Notes: a model not told the origin generated them from the letters alone. A stretch of DNA of 63,571 nucleotides from an uncultured Clostridia bacterium (GCA_945929845.1 CAMEON010000005.1:1-63571); one strand, 5' to 3'; numbered from the stretch's first letter, positions 1 through 10,134 are shown. Translations and numbers: made by a program.

Positions 1-58
1 CGCAGACGAAAAAATCTGCACCGAATCTGTACCACCTCATTAAATCAGCGTTTCCCTA
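1..58. repeat. Right arm of palindromic repeat family A (truncated by window start)
   Basis: cgcagacgaaaaaatctg...cacctcattaaatcagcgtttcccta closely matches 11102-11158 and the 3' part of 50703-50786. Confidence 0.85.
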
Positions 59-79
59 AAAAAAACAAGGAGGTCTGCT

Positions 80-2680
80 ATGAAAGCAAATCATCCCACA
101 GGTATAGACCCCAGATTGTCCCAGGTGCTCCAAGGACAGGAGGATAACTACCTGCTACCGTTTTACTGGCAACACGGAAACCATTACGACCGCATCCCCG
201 CCCAGATCCAGCGGATACGGGACAGCGGCTGCCGGGCCATCTGCCTGGAGTCCAGACCCCACCCCGACTTCTGCGGGCCGGGCTGGTGGCGGGATGTGGA
301 TCTGATCCTGGAGGAGTGCCGGAAGCGGGATATGCAGGTCTGGATCCTGGATGACAAGCATTTCCCCACCGGGTATGTCAACGGGCAGATGCCTACAAAG
401 TACCCGCACCTGCGGCCCTGGAATCTGGTGGAGCGGCATGTGGATGTCATCGGCCCTCTGTCCCACGCCTCCCTCCTGATGACGCCGGGCAGTGAGGAGG
501 AGCCGCTGGTGGGTGTGTTTGCCTACCGCCGGAGCGGGGAGGATGAGAACCTGACCGGGAGCCCGGTCGACCTGACTGCCGGGGTCAGGAACGGCTTTTT
601 GTATCTGGACATCCCGGAGGGATGCTGGCGGGTGTTCTTCCTGTACCGCTCCCATCGGGGTGGACATCAGGACTACATAGACATGATCGCAGAGGGGGCG
701 GGTGCCGCCCTGCTGGAGACGGTGTATCAGCCCCACTACGACCGCTACGCCGCCTACTTCGGCAACACGCTGGCCGGGTTCTTCTCGGACGAGCCGCAGT
801 TCGGCAACGGCTATGTGGGACAGCGACGGGTGGACAAGGGGCTGTATGAGATGCGCATCGGACAGGACGGCCTGGCTCTGCCCTACAGCGACCGCCTGCT
901 GGCCATGATGACGGAGGAGCTGGGGGAGGATGCCACGCCCTATTTGGGTGAGCTGTGGTATTTCAGCGAGCACGCCCCCCTGACCCGTCTGGCCTACATG
1001 AACGCCGTCACCCGGCTGTACCGGGACAACTTCTGCCGTCCTGTGGGCGACTGGTGCCGGGCTCACGGGGTGGCGTACATCGGCCATGTCATTGAGGACA
1101 TGAACGCCCACACCCGCCTGGGCTACGGCACAGGGCACTACTTCCGTGCCCTGGAAGGCCAGGACATGGGGGGCATAGACATTGTCCTGCATCAGGTCAT
1201 GCCCGGCATGGCTCACTACATGTCCTCCGCCAGCTGCGCCACCGGGCTGAGCGACTCGGAGTTCTTCCACTATGTGCTGGGGCAATTGGCCGCTTCCCTG
1301 GCTCATCAACAACCTCATATGGCCGGGCGGGCCATGTGCGAGGTGTTCGGTGCCTACGGCTGGGGGGAGGGAACCCCCATGATGAAGTGGCTGATGGACT
1401 TTCTGCTGGTGCGGGGCGTCAACTACTTCGTGCCCCACGCCTTCTCCCCGGATTACCCCGACCCGGACTGCCCGCCGCACTTCGGTGCCGAGGGTCACGA
1501 CCCCCAGTTTGAGGGCTTCACCGCCCTGATGAACTACACCAACAAAGCCGCCCACCTGCTCTCCGGCGGGGATCATGTGGCACCGGTGGCTCTTCTGTAC
1601 CACGCCGAGGGTGAGTGGATGAACCCCCGGGACACCGCCATGCTGACCCAGAAGCCGGCCCGGGTGCTGTATGACAGGCAGATCAACTACGACATCGTAT
1701 GCGCCGACATCTTGATGGGGGCGGAGGTGTCTGACGGGCGGCTGACCGTGGGGCGGGAGCGCTTCCGGGCGCTGGTGGTGCCCTATGCTCGCCTGCTACC
1801 TTCCGACTTGATCCGCAGACTGAACCAAATGACAGCCGCCGGACTGCCGGTGCTGTATGTGGACGGCCTGCCGGAGGGGGCAGAGGGGCAGGCTGTGCCT
1901 CTGTGCGATCTGGCGGATACCGTGATAGCCCGGGGTCTGACGGATTTCACGCTGGAGGGGGATTGCCCCCTGCTTCGGGTGTACCACACCGTCCGGGACG
2001 GCCACCATGTGTTCATGCTGTTCAACGAATCCGCATCCGACACCGCCCGGGGAGTCATGCACCTGCCGGAAGGGGTGGAGGGGTCCTTTACCCGCCTGCG
2101 CCTGCTGGAGGATGCCGTCTGGCGGGACGAGACCGGCGGCTGTGCCGCCCTGGAGCTTGCTCCCGGGCAGTCGGAGATCTGGGTGTTCGGAGATACGCCG
2201 GAGCTACCCCGCCGTCCGGTGCTGTCCGTTGCCCGGGAACTGAATCCCACTTACACCGTGGAGCTGGCAGAGTCGGACGACCTGACCGACGAGAGAGACC
2301 CGGCGGCTTACCGGCCGTACACCGTGACCGACACGCTCTTTGATGTAGGCGGCCCGGAGGCCATTCCCGGCTTTGCAGGGAAAATGCGGTACACCTTCCG
2401 ACTGCCGCTTGCAGAGGTTCCCGCCGGAGCTACCCTGGACCTGGGACAGGTGGGGGCGAATGCCTCCGTTACAGTCAATGGGCAGGATGTGGGCATCCGC
2501 ATCGCCCCGCCCTACACCTACCCGGTGGAAGCCTGCCTTGTGCCGGGGGAGAACACCGTGACCGTCGCCGTGTCCAATACCCTGGCCGGGAAGCTGCGGG
2601 ATCATTTCTCCTTCTACCTGACCCTTGGCCCCTCGGGGCTGATGGGGCCGGTGCGCCTCCTGTCCGAAGCAGAGTCATGA
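80..2680 (+). CDS. Glycoside hydrolase, GH106 (alpha-L-rhamnosidase-like) / GH2-type beta-sandwich C-terminus
   Basis: 866-aa ORF after AAGGAGG RBS; motifs LPFYWQHG, WILDDKHFPTG, GFFSDEP, CEVFGAYGW, LLVRGVN; C-terminal LDLGQV...VTVNG...APPY...GENTVTVAVSNTL; no signal peptide. Confidence 0.75.
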   Translation: MKANHPTGIDPRLSQVLQGQEDNYLLPFYWQHGNHYDRIPAQIQRIRDSGCRAICLESRPHPDFCGPGWWRDVDLILEECRKRDMQVWILDDKHFPTGYVNGQMPTKYPHLRPWNLVERHVDVIGPLSHASLLMTPGSEEEPLVGVFAYRRSGEDENLTGSPVDLTAGVRNGFLYLDIPEGCWRVFFLYRSHRGGHQDYIDMIAEGAGAALLETVYQPHYDRYAAYFGNTLAGFFSDEPQFGNGYVGQRRVDKGLYEMRIGQDGLALPYSDRLLAMMTEELGEDATPYLGELWYFSEHAPLTRLAYMNAVTRLYRDNFCRPVGDWCRAHGVAYIGHVIEDMNAHTRLGYGTGHYFRALEGQDMGGIDIVLHQVMPGMAHYMSSASCATGLSDSEFFHYVLGQLAASLAHQQPHMAGRAMCEVFGAYGWGEGTPMMKWLMDFLLVRGVNYFVPHAFSPDYPDPDCPPHFGAEGHDPQFEGFTALMNYTNKAAHLLSGGDHVAPVALLYHAEGEWMNPRDTAMLTQKPARVLYDRQINYDIVCADILMGAEVSDGRLTVGRERFRALVVPYARLLPSDLIRRLNQMTAAGLPVLYVDGLPEGAEGQAVPLCDLADTVIARGLTDFTLEGDCPLLRVYHTVRDGHHVFMLFNESASDTARGVMHLPEGVEGSFTRLRLLEDAVWRDETGGCAALELAPGQSEIWVFGDTPELPRRPVLSVARELNPTYTVELAESDDLTDERDPAAYRPYTVTDTLFDVGGPEAIPGFAGKMRYTFRLPLAEVPAGATLDLGQVGANASVTVNGQDVGIRIAPPYTYPVEACLVPGENTVTVAVSNTLAGKLRDHFSFYLTLGPSGLMGPVRLLSEAES

Positions 2681-2718
2681 CCCGGCGGCTTGACGCACAG
2701 GAAAAAACAAATAGGAAC

Positions 2719-2754
2719 GGGAGGAAGCTTTCCGAAGAAGGCTTCCTCCCTTTT
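2719..2754. terminator. Intrinsic terminator between the convergent GH genes
   Basis: gggaggaagc...gcttcctccc stem followed by tttt. Confidence 0.7.
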
Positions 2755-2788
2755 GGTTGGTATTTGAAGAGCCAGTAAGACCCCGGCA

Positions 2789-5539
2789 TTACGGATTCAG
2801 CAGGGAAGTGTTGACAAAGCAGTACTTGTCTGTGAAATAACCGCCCTGATAGCCGTTCCAGATGCAGGGCTCCTTGTAGAAGTGGGGCGGAGCCACGGCG
2901 TAAAGCTCCCCGCCCACATGGTGGTGGGGGCCAAGCAGGTTGCGCAGGTTGTTCACCAGGGTCAGCTCCAGCGTATTCACACCGGCGTGCAGGTAGGGGG
3001 TCAGATCCACAGAGAAGGGCGCCCACAGGATGCGGGTGATCTCCTCTCCGTTGACCTTGATGCGGATGGCGTTGATGCCCTCCTTGCGGAAGGAAAGCAC
3101 CCGGGCGGTATCGCCCTCGGCCAGGGTCAGTTCCCGTCTGACTGTCAGCTCACCGGAGAAGAACAGGAAGCCTTGACGCTCCAGGTGGGACAGGGTGATC
3201 TGATCCCGGGGTGCTTCAAGTACGAAACGGCCATCAAAGAAGCAGGCCTTGTGGGGGATGTCCTCAAAGGTACCTTCGCCCCGTACGCCAAAATTGCCCA
3301 CCAGGTACATGGCCTCGATCTCCATGTCGTAGGTCAGCTTGTTCTTCTCACTCTCAAAGACCTTGCCTTTCTCAATGTTGGCGTATACCTCGTCGGATTG
3401 CCGGAACAGCACCTGGGTCTCGATGATATTCTCGCCGGGCACCATCATGCCGGAAATATTCAGCTTGCGGAAGGAATGGTCGCGGAAGAAGCCGCAGTCC
3501 GTCCTGTCCACCGGCTTGCCGTTGACCGTGATCTCAAAGATCTCCGGTGTCTCGCAGGCCAGGTACAGTATATCCGGCACATAGTCCGCCTGCACCGTGT
3601 ACCGGCACCGGATGTCCACCGGGCACTTGCGATCCAGCGCACGGGAACCTACATTCAGTATGTAGCCGTTCTCCTCCTCCAGTACGCCGTCAAACCAGTA
3701 GGTACAGCGATCCAGCGTCAGGGCGTTCTCTGTGACATGCTCCACCTGCCACAGACCGTCAAGATCCACGGCGGCAGGGGGCACAGGAGGCAGGGCGGGG
3801 GCTTCCGCATGGGGCGTTCCGTCGTCAATGACCACCAGACTGCCCCAGGCCGGGAAGGTGTAGGTTCCGAAGAAGGGCTCCAGCTCGCCGGTGACAATGT
3901 TCAGTGCCTTGCCGCCGCAGGAGATGACAGCCTTCTGCTCGCTTTCCGTGGAGTTGACAAAGTAGTGCATGGTGAAGGGGGCTTCGCCGCCGAACTGCCG
4001 GAGGGTGTAGGTGATGGCGGGATTGTCAATGATGGGGTTGGCAGGCAGTTCCTCGGCTGTGGTGATGATGCCGCCGCCGGCACGGAACTGCTCCAGCAGC
4101 TTTTCGGTGTGCGCAAAGAAGGCAATGTGCGGGGGAATGATGACCTTCTTGTAGCGCATCTGACCGATGACAAGGGTGTCGCCCTCCACATGGCCGTGAC
4201 GTTCCATCAGGATCTCATCGCCCAGGTGGAAGGGAATGTGCTTCTGTTCCAGCTGATCCAGAATGTCCAGAAGGGCGGTGTTGTACTCATCCAGGTGCCG
4301 GTTCTCACCGTTGTCGAAGCAGATCCAGGCAGAGGTCTGGGTGTGCATGACCAGCGTGTCCACCTGCACCTCCCCCTCGGCCAGCAACATACCGATCCGG
4401 GACATGGCATCGTTGAACACCTTATAGTCCGCCCACCAGGGCTGCTGACAGTACATGGCGGGGGGATAATCCCGCTTGCGGATGCCCCGCAGGGAGTAGC
4501 CCTCCAGGTGCTGACACATCAGGTTGATGCCCCGCACCATCATCCATTCGTAATTCCGCTTCAGCTCCTCATGGCCCACATTGTGGCCACAGAGGGCAAA
4601 GGTTTCGGACAGGATCTGCTTCTTCCCGGTCTGGGCGGCGGCAGAGGCCAGCTGATGCTGGGTCAGACAGCGGCCGATGTCCCGCCCCAGCCAGTCCATA
4701 CCCGGGATGTCCAGGTACTCATAGTGGGGCATGCAGGCCCCGTTGGAGGTCAACTGGGCGTGGAAGCCCTCCTCCAGCACCAGGTGCCCGGTGAACTTCA
4801 GGTCATGGGCGGCGCACCAGTCGTGGATCTGCTTCATGAAGTTCCTGGAGAACAGCTCTGTCACCAGCTTCCAGAAGCGCATCCGGGTGGTCTGCCAGTC
4901 TCCCCGCTCCACGAACAGCTCGATCAGGTGGTCGTAGATGGGCTCGCCGTAGGCCTTTTCGTACTCGGCGGGCAGGATGAAGCTCCACGGGATGCCGTTC
5001 CGGGAGATCTGCGGCTCATCGGTGAAGAAGCCGTCAAAGGTGGAGCCGAACTTCTCATAGTAGGGCTGGTAGATCTCACGGATGAAATCAGCGATGACCT
5101 CACCGTCCAGGGTGTCCACATAGAAGGGGTTCACCTCATAGTAGAAGCAGTAGTGCTCGAAACAGCAGATGACCTCGGGGCCACGGGGATCCTCCAGGTC
5201 GGGGGTGAATTTCTTTACCCGCAGGTACTTCTGCTGGTATCTGACCCCCTTGCCATTGACCTTGCCGCCGCCGAAGCCGGAGGGCCAGCCGTTCTCGTCA
5301 TAAGCCCAGGCGTGCATCCCCCGCCGGTTGGCTTCCTTGATGCTGGCATCCACATTGTCAAACCACTCGTCGCCCATGTACTCGGTCTGAAGGCCGCCCC
5401 GGGCGTGCATGAAAAAGCCGCCGATACCTACATCATCCATCAGTCCGATCTGACGGACGGACTCCGGAACCTGTAGCTTTTCGTTCCAGGACCAGAAAGG
5501 GATCGGACGGTACTGATTGCCGACTGTCTTGAAATCCAT
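2789..5539 (-). CDS. Glycoside hydrolase, GH106-like
   Basis: Start moved to MDFKTV (AGGAG RBS); motifs RPIPFWSWN, FFMHARGGL, WAYDENGWPSG, GFFTDEPQ, PGMDWL, SETFALCG, RKRDYPP. Confidence 0.75.
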   Translation of the reverse strand: MDFKTVGNQYRPIPFWSWNEKLQVPESVRQIGLMDDVGIGGFFMHARGGLQTEYMGDEWFDNVDASIKEANRRGMHAWAYDENGWPSGFGGGKVNGKGVRYQQKYLRVKKFTPDLEDPRGPEVICCFEHYCFYYEVNPFYVDTLDGEVIADFIREIYQPYYEKFGSTFDGFFTDEPQISRNGIPWSFILPAEYEKAYGEPIYDHLIELFVERGDWQTTRMRFWKLVTELFSRNFMKQIHDWCAAHDLKFTGHLVLEEGFHAQLTSNGACMPHYEYLDIPGMDWLGRDIGRCLTQHQLASAAAQTGKKQILSETFALCGHNVGHEELKRNYEWMMVRGINLMCQHLEGYSLRGIRKRDYPPAMYCQQPWWADYKVFNDAMSRIGMLLAEGEVQVDTLVMHTQTSAWICFDNGENRHLDEYNTALLDILDQLEQKHIPFHLGDEILMERHGHVEGDTLVIGQMRYKKVIIPPHIAFFAHTEKLLEQFRAGGGIITTAEELPANPIIDNPAITYTLRQFGGEAPFTMHYFVNSTESEQKAVISCGGKALNIVTGELEPFFGTYTFPAWGSLVVIDDGTPHAEAPALPPVPPAAVDLDGLWQVEHVTENALTLDRCTYWFDGVLEEENGYILNVGSRALDRKCPVDIRCRYTVQADYVPDILYLACETPEIFEITVNGKPVDRTDCGFFRDHSFRKLNISGMMVPGENIIETQVLFRQSDEVYANIEKGKVFESEKNKLTYDMEIEAMYLVGNFGVRGEGTFEDIPHKACFFDGRFVLEAPRDQITLSHLERQGFLFFSGELTVRRELTLAEGDTARVLSFRKEGINAIRIKVNGEEITRILWAPFSVDLTPYLHAGVNTLELTLVNNLRNLLGPHHHVGGELYAVAPPHFYKEPCIWNGYQGGYFTDKYCFVNTSLLNP

Positions 5540-5617
5540 ACTGTGCTCCTTTGCTATTGACCGTATGTTGTTTTCATTATTTGCTTTTGCAACAGGAAAT
5601 TCCCTGCCTGCGATTCC

Positions 5618-5646
5618 ATTATACACGAAACCGCAGACCTTGTCAA
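5618..5646 (-). promoter_or_regulatory. Sigma-70/SigA promoter for the GH106-like gene
   Basis: TTGACA-N17-TATAAT on the minus strand; the -35 lies in the loop of the inverted repeat accgcagacc/ggtctgcggt. Confidence 0.7.
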
Positions 5647-5690
5647 GCGGTCTGCGGTGGGACGCAGGGAAAACTTTCTGAATTTATGCC

Positions 5691-5981
5691 GGGGGGCGGG
5701 AGAACGCCTGGGGGCTTCTTGATAAGAACAGCAATTGCACTGTACGCAGTGCAATTGCATGAAGTTTGCCGTACGGCAAACTTCTGAACCCAGACCCCCA
5801 AGAACTTTCAAAACAGATATTGTGTATGATTCGGAGCACTGTTCTGGCATATTTTAGTAATCGTTTTTCCTGGGAATCCAGTGTTACTGCCGCCCAAAAC
5901 CGCATAAACGCTTTCGCGGGAACCCCTTTCCCCGCTCTACGGTAGAACAGGGAGCGCACTGTCAGCGTAGGTGAACTGAAC
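5691..5981 (+). repeat. Repeat family B copy 1 (MITE/REP-like, hairpin-rich)
   Basis: Shares gaacgcctgggggcttcttga, gacccccaagaacttt and ccctttccccgctctacggt...gtaggtgaac with 52222-52552; the 5' blocks also match the minus-strand copy at ~29995-30211. Confidence 0.8.
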
Positions 5982-5988
5982 CTGCCCT

Positions 5989-6786
5989 TTATCTGAAAAT
6001 ACGCAACTGTGCCTTCCGCTCCGGCGGGATGCGGTAGCTGTCCCGGGCCTTGCGCAGGGTCATTTTCAACACCGCCGGGGGCAGGGGATTGGTGCGCAGA
6101 AAGGACAGTGTGCCCTCCCAGCGGAAAGACAGTGCTGTAGCGAACAGCCAGGCCACAGCCATCTGCACATAGTATGCCTGCTTCAGCGACCCGTTGCATA
6201 CGACATCGGCAGCCTGCGCCAACACCTCCGCCGTGAGATCATCGCAGGGGAAGGCATCACCGGGATGGGCGGCACCAAGGAAGTACCGCATCAGCGTGAC
6301 CACCCCGTACCGCACCGTGTAGACGGTGTCGCCGTGAAGCCACTGGATGCAGTGCGCATACAGCTCCGGCAGATCCTGACCCAGCACCGGAGGATTCATC
6401 TGGTCGCAGGTAGCCCAGTTGTCCACATAGGGGAGAAAGGCTTCCAACGCCGCAAACACCGTCCGCCGATCCTGCACCTGCTCCAGGAGGAAGGCGTGCA
6501 ACTGATTCTCCTCAAAGCACTCATGGGGCAGGCAGGACAGGAAGACAGTGGCTTCCCGGGTACCCCGCAGGGTCTTGGCCAGACGGCGCAGGGCCGGTGT
6601 CCGCACACCCAGAATGGCCTGCCGGGGCAGGGCGGGGAGCAGGGAAGCCTGAAACTCCCGGTACGGTGCCTCGGCAAGGGGCAGGAGCGTTTCCCGGACA
6701 GACCGGATCACCTGCTCCTTCTCTTCCTCCGTTGCTTCTGCTTCCGGGGACGGCACGGGGCTCCAAAGGAAAGGGTCAGTTTTCAT
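5989..6786 (-). CDS. DNA alkylation repair protein (AlkD-like HEAT-repeat family)
   Basis: Motifs LGVRTPALRRLAK, FLPYVDNWATCD, YYVQMAVAWLFATA. Confidence 0.8.
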   Translation of the reverse strand: MKTDPFLWSPVPSPEAEATEEEKEQVIRSVRETLLPLAEAPYREFQASLLPALPRQAILGVRTPALRRLAKTLRGTREATVFLSCLPHECFEENQLHAFLLEQVQDRRTVFAALEAFLPYVDNWATCDQMNPPVLGQDLPELYAHCIQWLHGDTVYTVRYGVVTLMRYFLGAAHPGDAFPCDDLTAEVLAQAADVVCNGSLKQAYYVQMAVAWLFATALSFRWEGTLSFLRTNPLPPAVLKMTLRKARDSYRIPPERKAQLRIFR

Positions 6787-6795
6787 ACCTGCCCC

Positions 6796-7722
6796 TTATC
6801 GCCGAATGATGGGACTCCAGGCAGACTGCCCGTCGGCTGTCAGTATCTCCGCCCGGACATACCGCTCCCCCTCCTTCAGGGTGTAGGTGGCTTCGGTGAG
6901 GTTCTCCCCCCGCACCATCCGCCCGGCTGTCCACACCATATTGGAGAGAAAAGCGATCTTCACCGCTGGGGAACAACGCAGGCGGAAGGTCAGCTCGTCC
7001 AGCCGCTCCAGATGGATCTCCGGGCCGTTTGTGGCATAGAAACGGTTCTGCCGGAGCGTCTCCCACAGGCCCAGCGAATCCACCGCATCCGCTTCCGCCA
7101 TGATCATGCCGTGGCAGTGGTCGCCGTCGTAGTAGTGGCTGTCATCAGTGGCCAGCAGGGGGAGGTATGTACCGCCGGCGGCCAACTGATCCAGGATCAG
7201 ACCGGCGTAGGGGCGGTCGGACATATGGCACTCCGAGACGGAATTGTATATTTCCGTAGCATCCAGCGGCAGAAGGGGCAGGATCTGCGCCACGGTGTTC
7301 AGGCTCCAGGCGGGATGGGCCAGCACCGCAAAGCCGCCGGCCTCCTTGATCCGCCCAATGATCTGCTGGGCCTGCTCCCGGGATGTCCGGCCGAACCCTT
7401 CCGCCTCCTGGACGGTGAGACCGGGGTCATGGGTACAGCCAAGACCCAGGATATGGTATACTCCGTCCGCCCCGTCGCCGCCGCCCACATTGTACTCGGC
7501 TCCGGACAGGACGGTCATGTGTCCCTCGCTTCCATCGGCATTTCGATAGGTGTACTCGCCTGCATTCCCCCATACCCAGTGATCGGTGATGGCCAGGAAG
7601 TCATACCCAGCCCGGGCGTAGATGTCCATGACCTCCTCCGGCGTTTTGTGTCCGTCGGAACGGGTGGTGTGGTCGTGAAGATTGATTTTATACCGGCGGG
7701 TGCCGGTCAGATCCGTAAACAT
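6796..7722 (-). CDS. PHP-domain metal-dependent phosphoesterase/hydrolase
   Basis: NLHDHTTRSDG, AITDH, LAHP and TDDSH metal-ligand motifs. Confidence 0.8.
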   Translation of the reverse strand: MFTDLTGTRRYKINLHDHTTRSDGHKTPEEVMDIYARAGYDFLAITDHWVWGNAGEYTYRNADGSEGHMTVLSGAEYNVGGGDGADGVYHILGLGCTHDPGLTVQEAEGFGRTSREQAQQIIGRIKEAGGFAVLAHPAWSLNTVAQILPLLPLDATEIYNSVSECHMSDRPYAGLILDQLAAGGTYLPLLATDDSHYYDGDHCHGMIMAEADAVDSLGLWETLRQNRFYATNGPEIHLERLDELTFRLRCSPAVKIAFLSNMVWTAGRMVRGENLTEATYTLKEGERYVRAEILTADGQSAWSPIIRR

Positions 7723-7857
7723 AGCATTCCGTTTCCTTTTCGTTCAGAATATAAAGGGGGATCCTGCCCCGACCTTCCCCGGGAACAGACGGACGGATCA
7801 TCACAAGACCCGTCCCGGTTCCGGAACAGTGCGGAGCAGAACCCCCAAAAAGACAGA

Positions 7858-9018
7858 TCAGATCACCCTGACCCGAACCACGCCTTCCAGAGCACTCAGC
7901 TTGGCGGCAACCTCAGCGGGAACTGCACCGGTCACATCCAGGATGGTGTAGGCGGCGTTCCCACGGGATTTGTTGGTCATGTTCTCGATATTCAGCTTTT
8001 CCTCGGACAGAACGCCGGTCAGCAGATTCAGCATACCCGGAGTGTTCTCATGCAGGACGCACACCCGGACATCCCCCGAGCGGGGCATGGAAACGGCAGG
8101 GAAGTTGACGCTGTTCTTGATGTTGCCGTTGGTCAGGTAATCGTCCAGCTCCAGGGCGGCCATGACGGCGCAGTTATCCTCGGACTCCTCCGTGGAGGCA
8201 CCCAAGTGGGGCGTGATGATGACACCGGGCACACCGATCATGTCCGGTGTGGCAAAGTCGGTGACATACCGGGATACCTTTCCGCTCTCCAGAGCGGCCT
8301 TCATGTCGGCTCCGTTGACCAGCGAGTCACGGGACAGGTTGATGATCTTCACCCCATCCTTCATGGTGGCCAGCGTCTCCGCCCGGATCATACCCTTGGT
8401 GTCGGCGGTGGCGGGTACATGAATGGTGATATAGTCGGCGGTGGCGTAAATTTCATCGTAGGTGGCAGCCCTGCGCACATGGTGATTCAGGTTCCATGCC
8501 CCCTCCACGCTGAGGTAGGGGTCACAGCCGATGACATCCATGCCCAGGTGGACAGCCGCATTGGCGACCATGCCGCCAATGGCACCCAGGCCAATGACAC
8601 CCAGGGTCTTGCCTTTGATCTCGCATCCGGCAAACTTGGATTTGCCCTTTTCCACGGTCTTGGCGGCGTTCTCGTCGCCGGCCAGGGTCTTGACCCATTC
8701 AATACCGCCCACCACATCACGGGAGGCCAGGAACAGGGCGCAGAGAGCCAGCTCCTTGACACCGTTGGCGTTGGCACCGGGGGTGTTGAAGACCACGATG
8801 CCCTCTTGGGTGCACCGATCCAAGGGAATGTTGTTGACACCGGCTCCGGCCCGGGCGATGGCCAAAAGCTCCGGGTTGAAGGCGGTATCCAGCATATTGG
8901 CAGACCGCACCATGATGCCCTCCGGGGCGGGGACGCTGTCGCCGACGGTGTAGACGGCGGGATTCAGCCGGTCTGTGCCGACCTTGGCGATCTTATTGAG
9001 AAGAAGGATCTGTTTCAT
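7858..9018 (-). CDS. serA: D-3-phosphoglycerate dehydrogenase with C-terminal ACT domain
   Basis: ARAGAGVNNI, GVIGLGAIG, ITPHLGAST, ACT-like HENTPGML; directly downstream of serC. Confidence 0.92.
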   Translation of the reverse strand: MKQILLLNKIAKVGTDRLNPAVYTVGDSVPAPEGIMVRSANMLDTAFNPELLAIARAGAGVNNIPLDRCTQEGIVVFNTPGANANGVKELALCALFLASRDVVGGIEWVKTLAGDENAAKTVEKGKSKFAGCEIKGKTLGVIGLGAIGGMVANAAVHLGMDVIGCDPYLSVEGAWNLNHHVRRAATYDEIYATADYITIHVPATADTKGMIRAETLATMKDGVKIINLSRDSLVNGADMKAALESGKVSRYVTDFATPDMIGVPGVIITPHLGASTEESEDNCAVMAALELDDYLTNGNIKNSVNFPAVSMPRSGDVRVCVLHENTPGMLNLLTGVLSEEKLNIENMTNKSRGNAAYTILDVTGAVPAEVAAKLSALEGVVRVRVI

Positions 9019-9042
9019 GATGGTTTTGTTTCCCCCTGTTCC

Positions 9043-10134
9043 TTACTGTTTGGGATTCTCAGCCGCAAACTTCTTCATGAAGGCGACCAGTGCCTCCACG
9101 CCCTCATAGGGCATGGCGTTGTAGATGGAGGCCCGCATACCGCCAACGGAGCGGTGCCCCTTCAGGTTCTTCAGCCCGGCCGTGGCGGCCTCGGTGGCGA
9201 ACTTCTTGTCAAGGTCTGCATTCCCGGTGACAAAGGTCACATTCATCATGGAGCGGGAATCCGGCTTGACCGGCGCCAGATAGTAGTCCTGGTTGTCCAG
9301 ATAGTCATACAGGAGGGCGGCTTTCTTTTGGTTCCGCTTCTGCATTTCCTCCAGCCCGCCGATGGACAGGAGCCAGTCAGCCACAAGACCCAGCATGTAG
9401 ATGGTGTAGCAGGGCGGGGTGTTATACATGGAGCCGTTCTCAGCCATGGTCTTCCACTCCAGCATGGTGGGCATCTTGGGGTCGGCGTAGTTCAAAAGAT
9501 CCTCCCGGACAATGACCACAGTCACACCGGCGGGAGCCATGTTCTTCTGGGCACCGGCATAGATCACGCCGAACCGGGACACATCCACCGGCTCGGACAG
9601 GATGCAGGAGGACATATCCGCCACCAGGGGCACATCGCCGGTGTCCGGAATGTAGCCGAACTTGGTGCCGTAAATGGTGTTGTTGAAGCACATATGCACA
9701 TAGGAGGCATCCGGGCGGATCATGTCCCGTGTCACCGTCGGCACATGGTCGAAGTTATCCTCCTTGGTGGTGGCCACACACCGCACATCGAAGCCCAGCT
9801 TCTGAGCCTCCTTGAAGGCCTTGCCGGAGAACTGACCGGAGACGATGTAGTCTGCCTTCCCGGTGCGACCGATGAGGTTGAGGGGGACTGCGGCGAACTG
9901 GGTGGAAGCACCGCCCTGCAAGAACAGCACCTTGTAGTTATCGGGAATATGCAGAAGACTGCGCAGGTCAGCCTCTGCCTTCTTGATGATGGCTTCATAA
10001 TCCGGAGATCGGTGACTCATCTCCATGACGGACATTCCGGATTCGCCATAGCAGACCAACTCAGACGCTGCTTTTTCAAGAACCGGAACCGGTAGCATAG
10101 AGGGGCCTGCCGAAAAGTTGAATACTCTGTTCAT
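9043..10134 (-). CDS. serC: Phosphoserine aminotransferase
   Basis: NFSAGPS, EMSHRS, FLQGGAS, YAGAQKN, GHRSVGGMRASIYNA. Confidence 0.97.
   Translation of the reverse strand: MNRVFNFSAGPSMLPVPVLEKAASELVCYGESGMSVMEMSHRSPDYEAIIKKAEADLRSLLHIPDNYKVLFLQGGASTQFAAVPLNLIGRTGKADYIVSGQFSGKAFKEAQKLGFDVRCVATTKEDNFDHVPTVTRDMIRPDASYVHMCFNNTIYGTKFGYIPDTGDVPLVADMSSCILSEPVDVSRFGVIYAGAQKNMAPAGVTVVIVREDLLNYADPKMPTMLEWKTMAENGSMYNTPPCYTIYMLGLVADWLLSIGGLEEMQKRNQKKAALLYDYLDNQDYYLAPVKPDSRSMMNVTFVTGNADLDKKFATEAATAGLKNLKGHRSVGGMRASIYNAMPYEGVEALVAFMKKFAAENPKQ

Noticed and set aside
6265-10095. Very long opposite-strand ORFs (also 155-1603, 2882-5476, 11229-14093, 20630-22741, 46040-48112 and others)
   Set aside because: Antisense shadows of well-supported genes, expected with high GC3; no motifs or RBS
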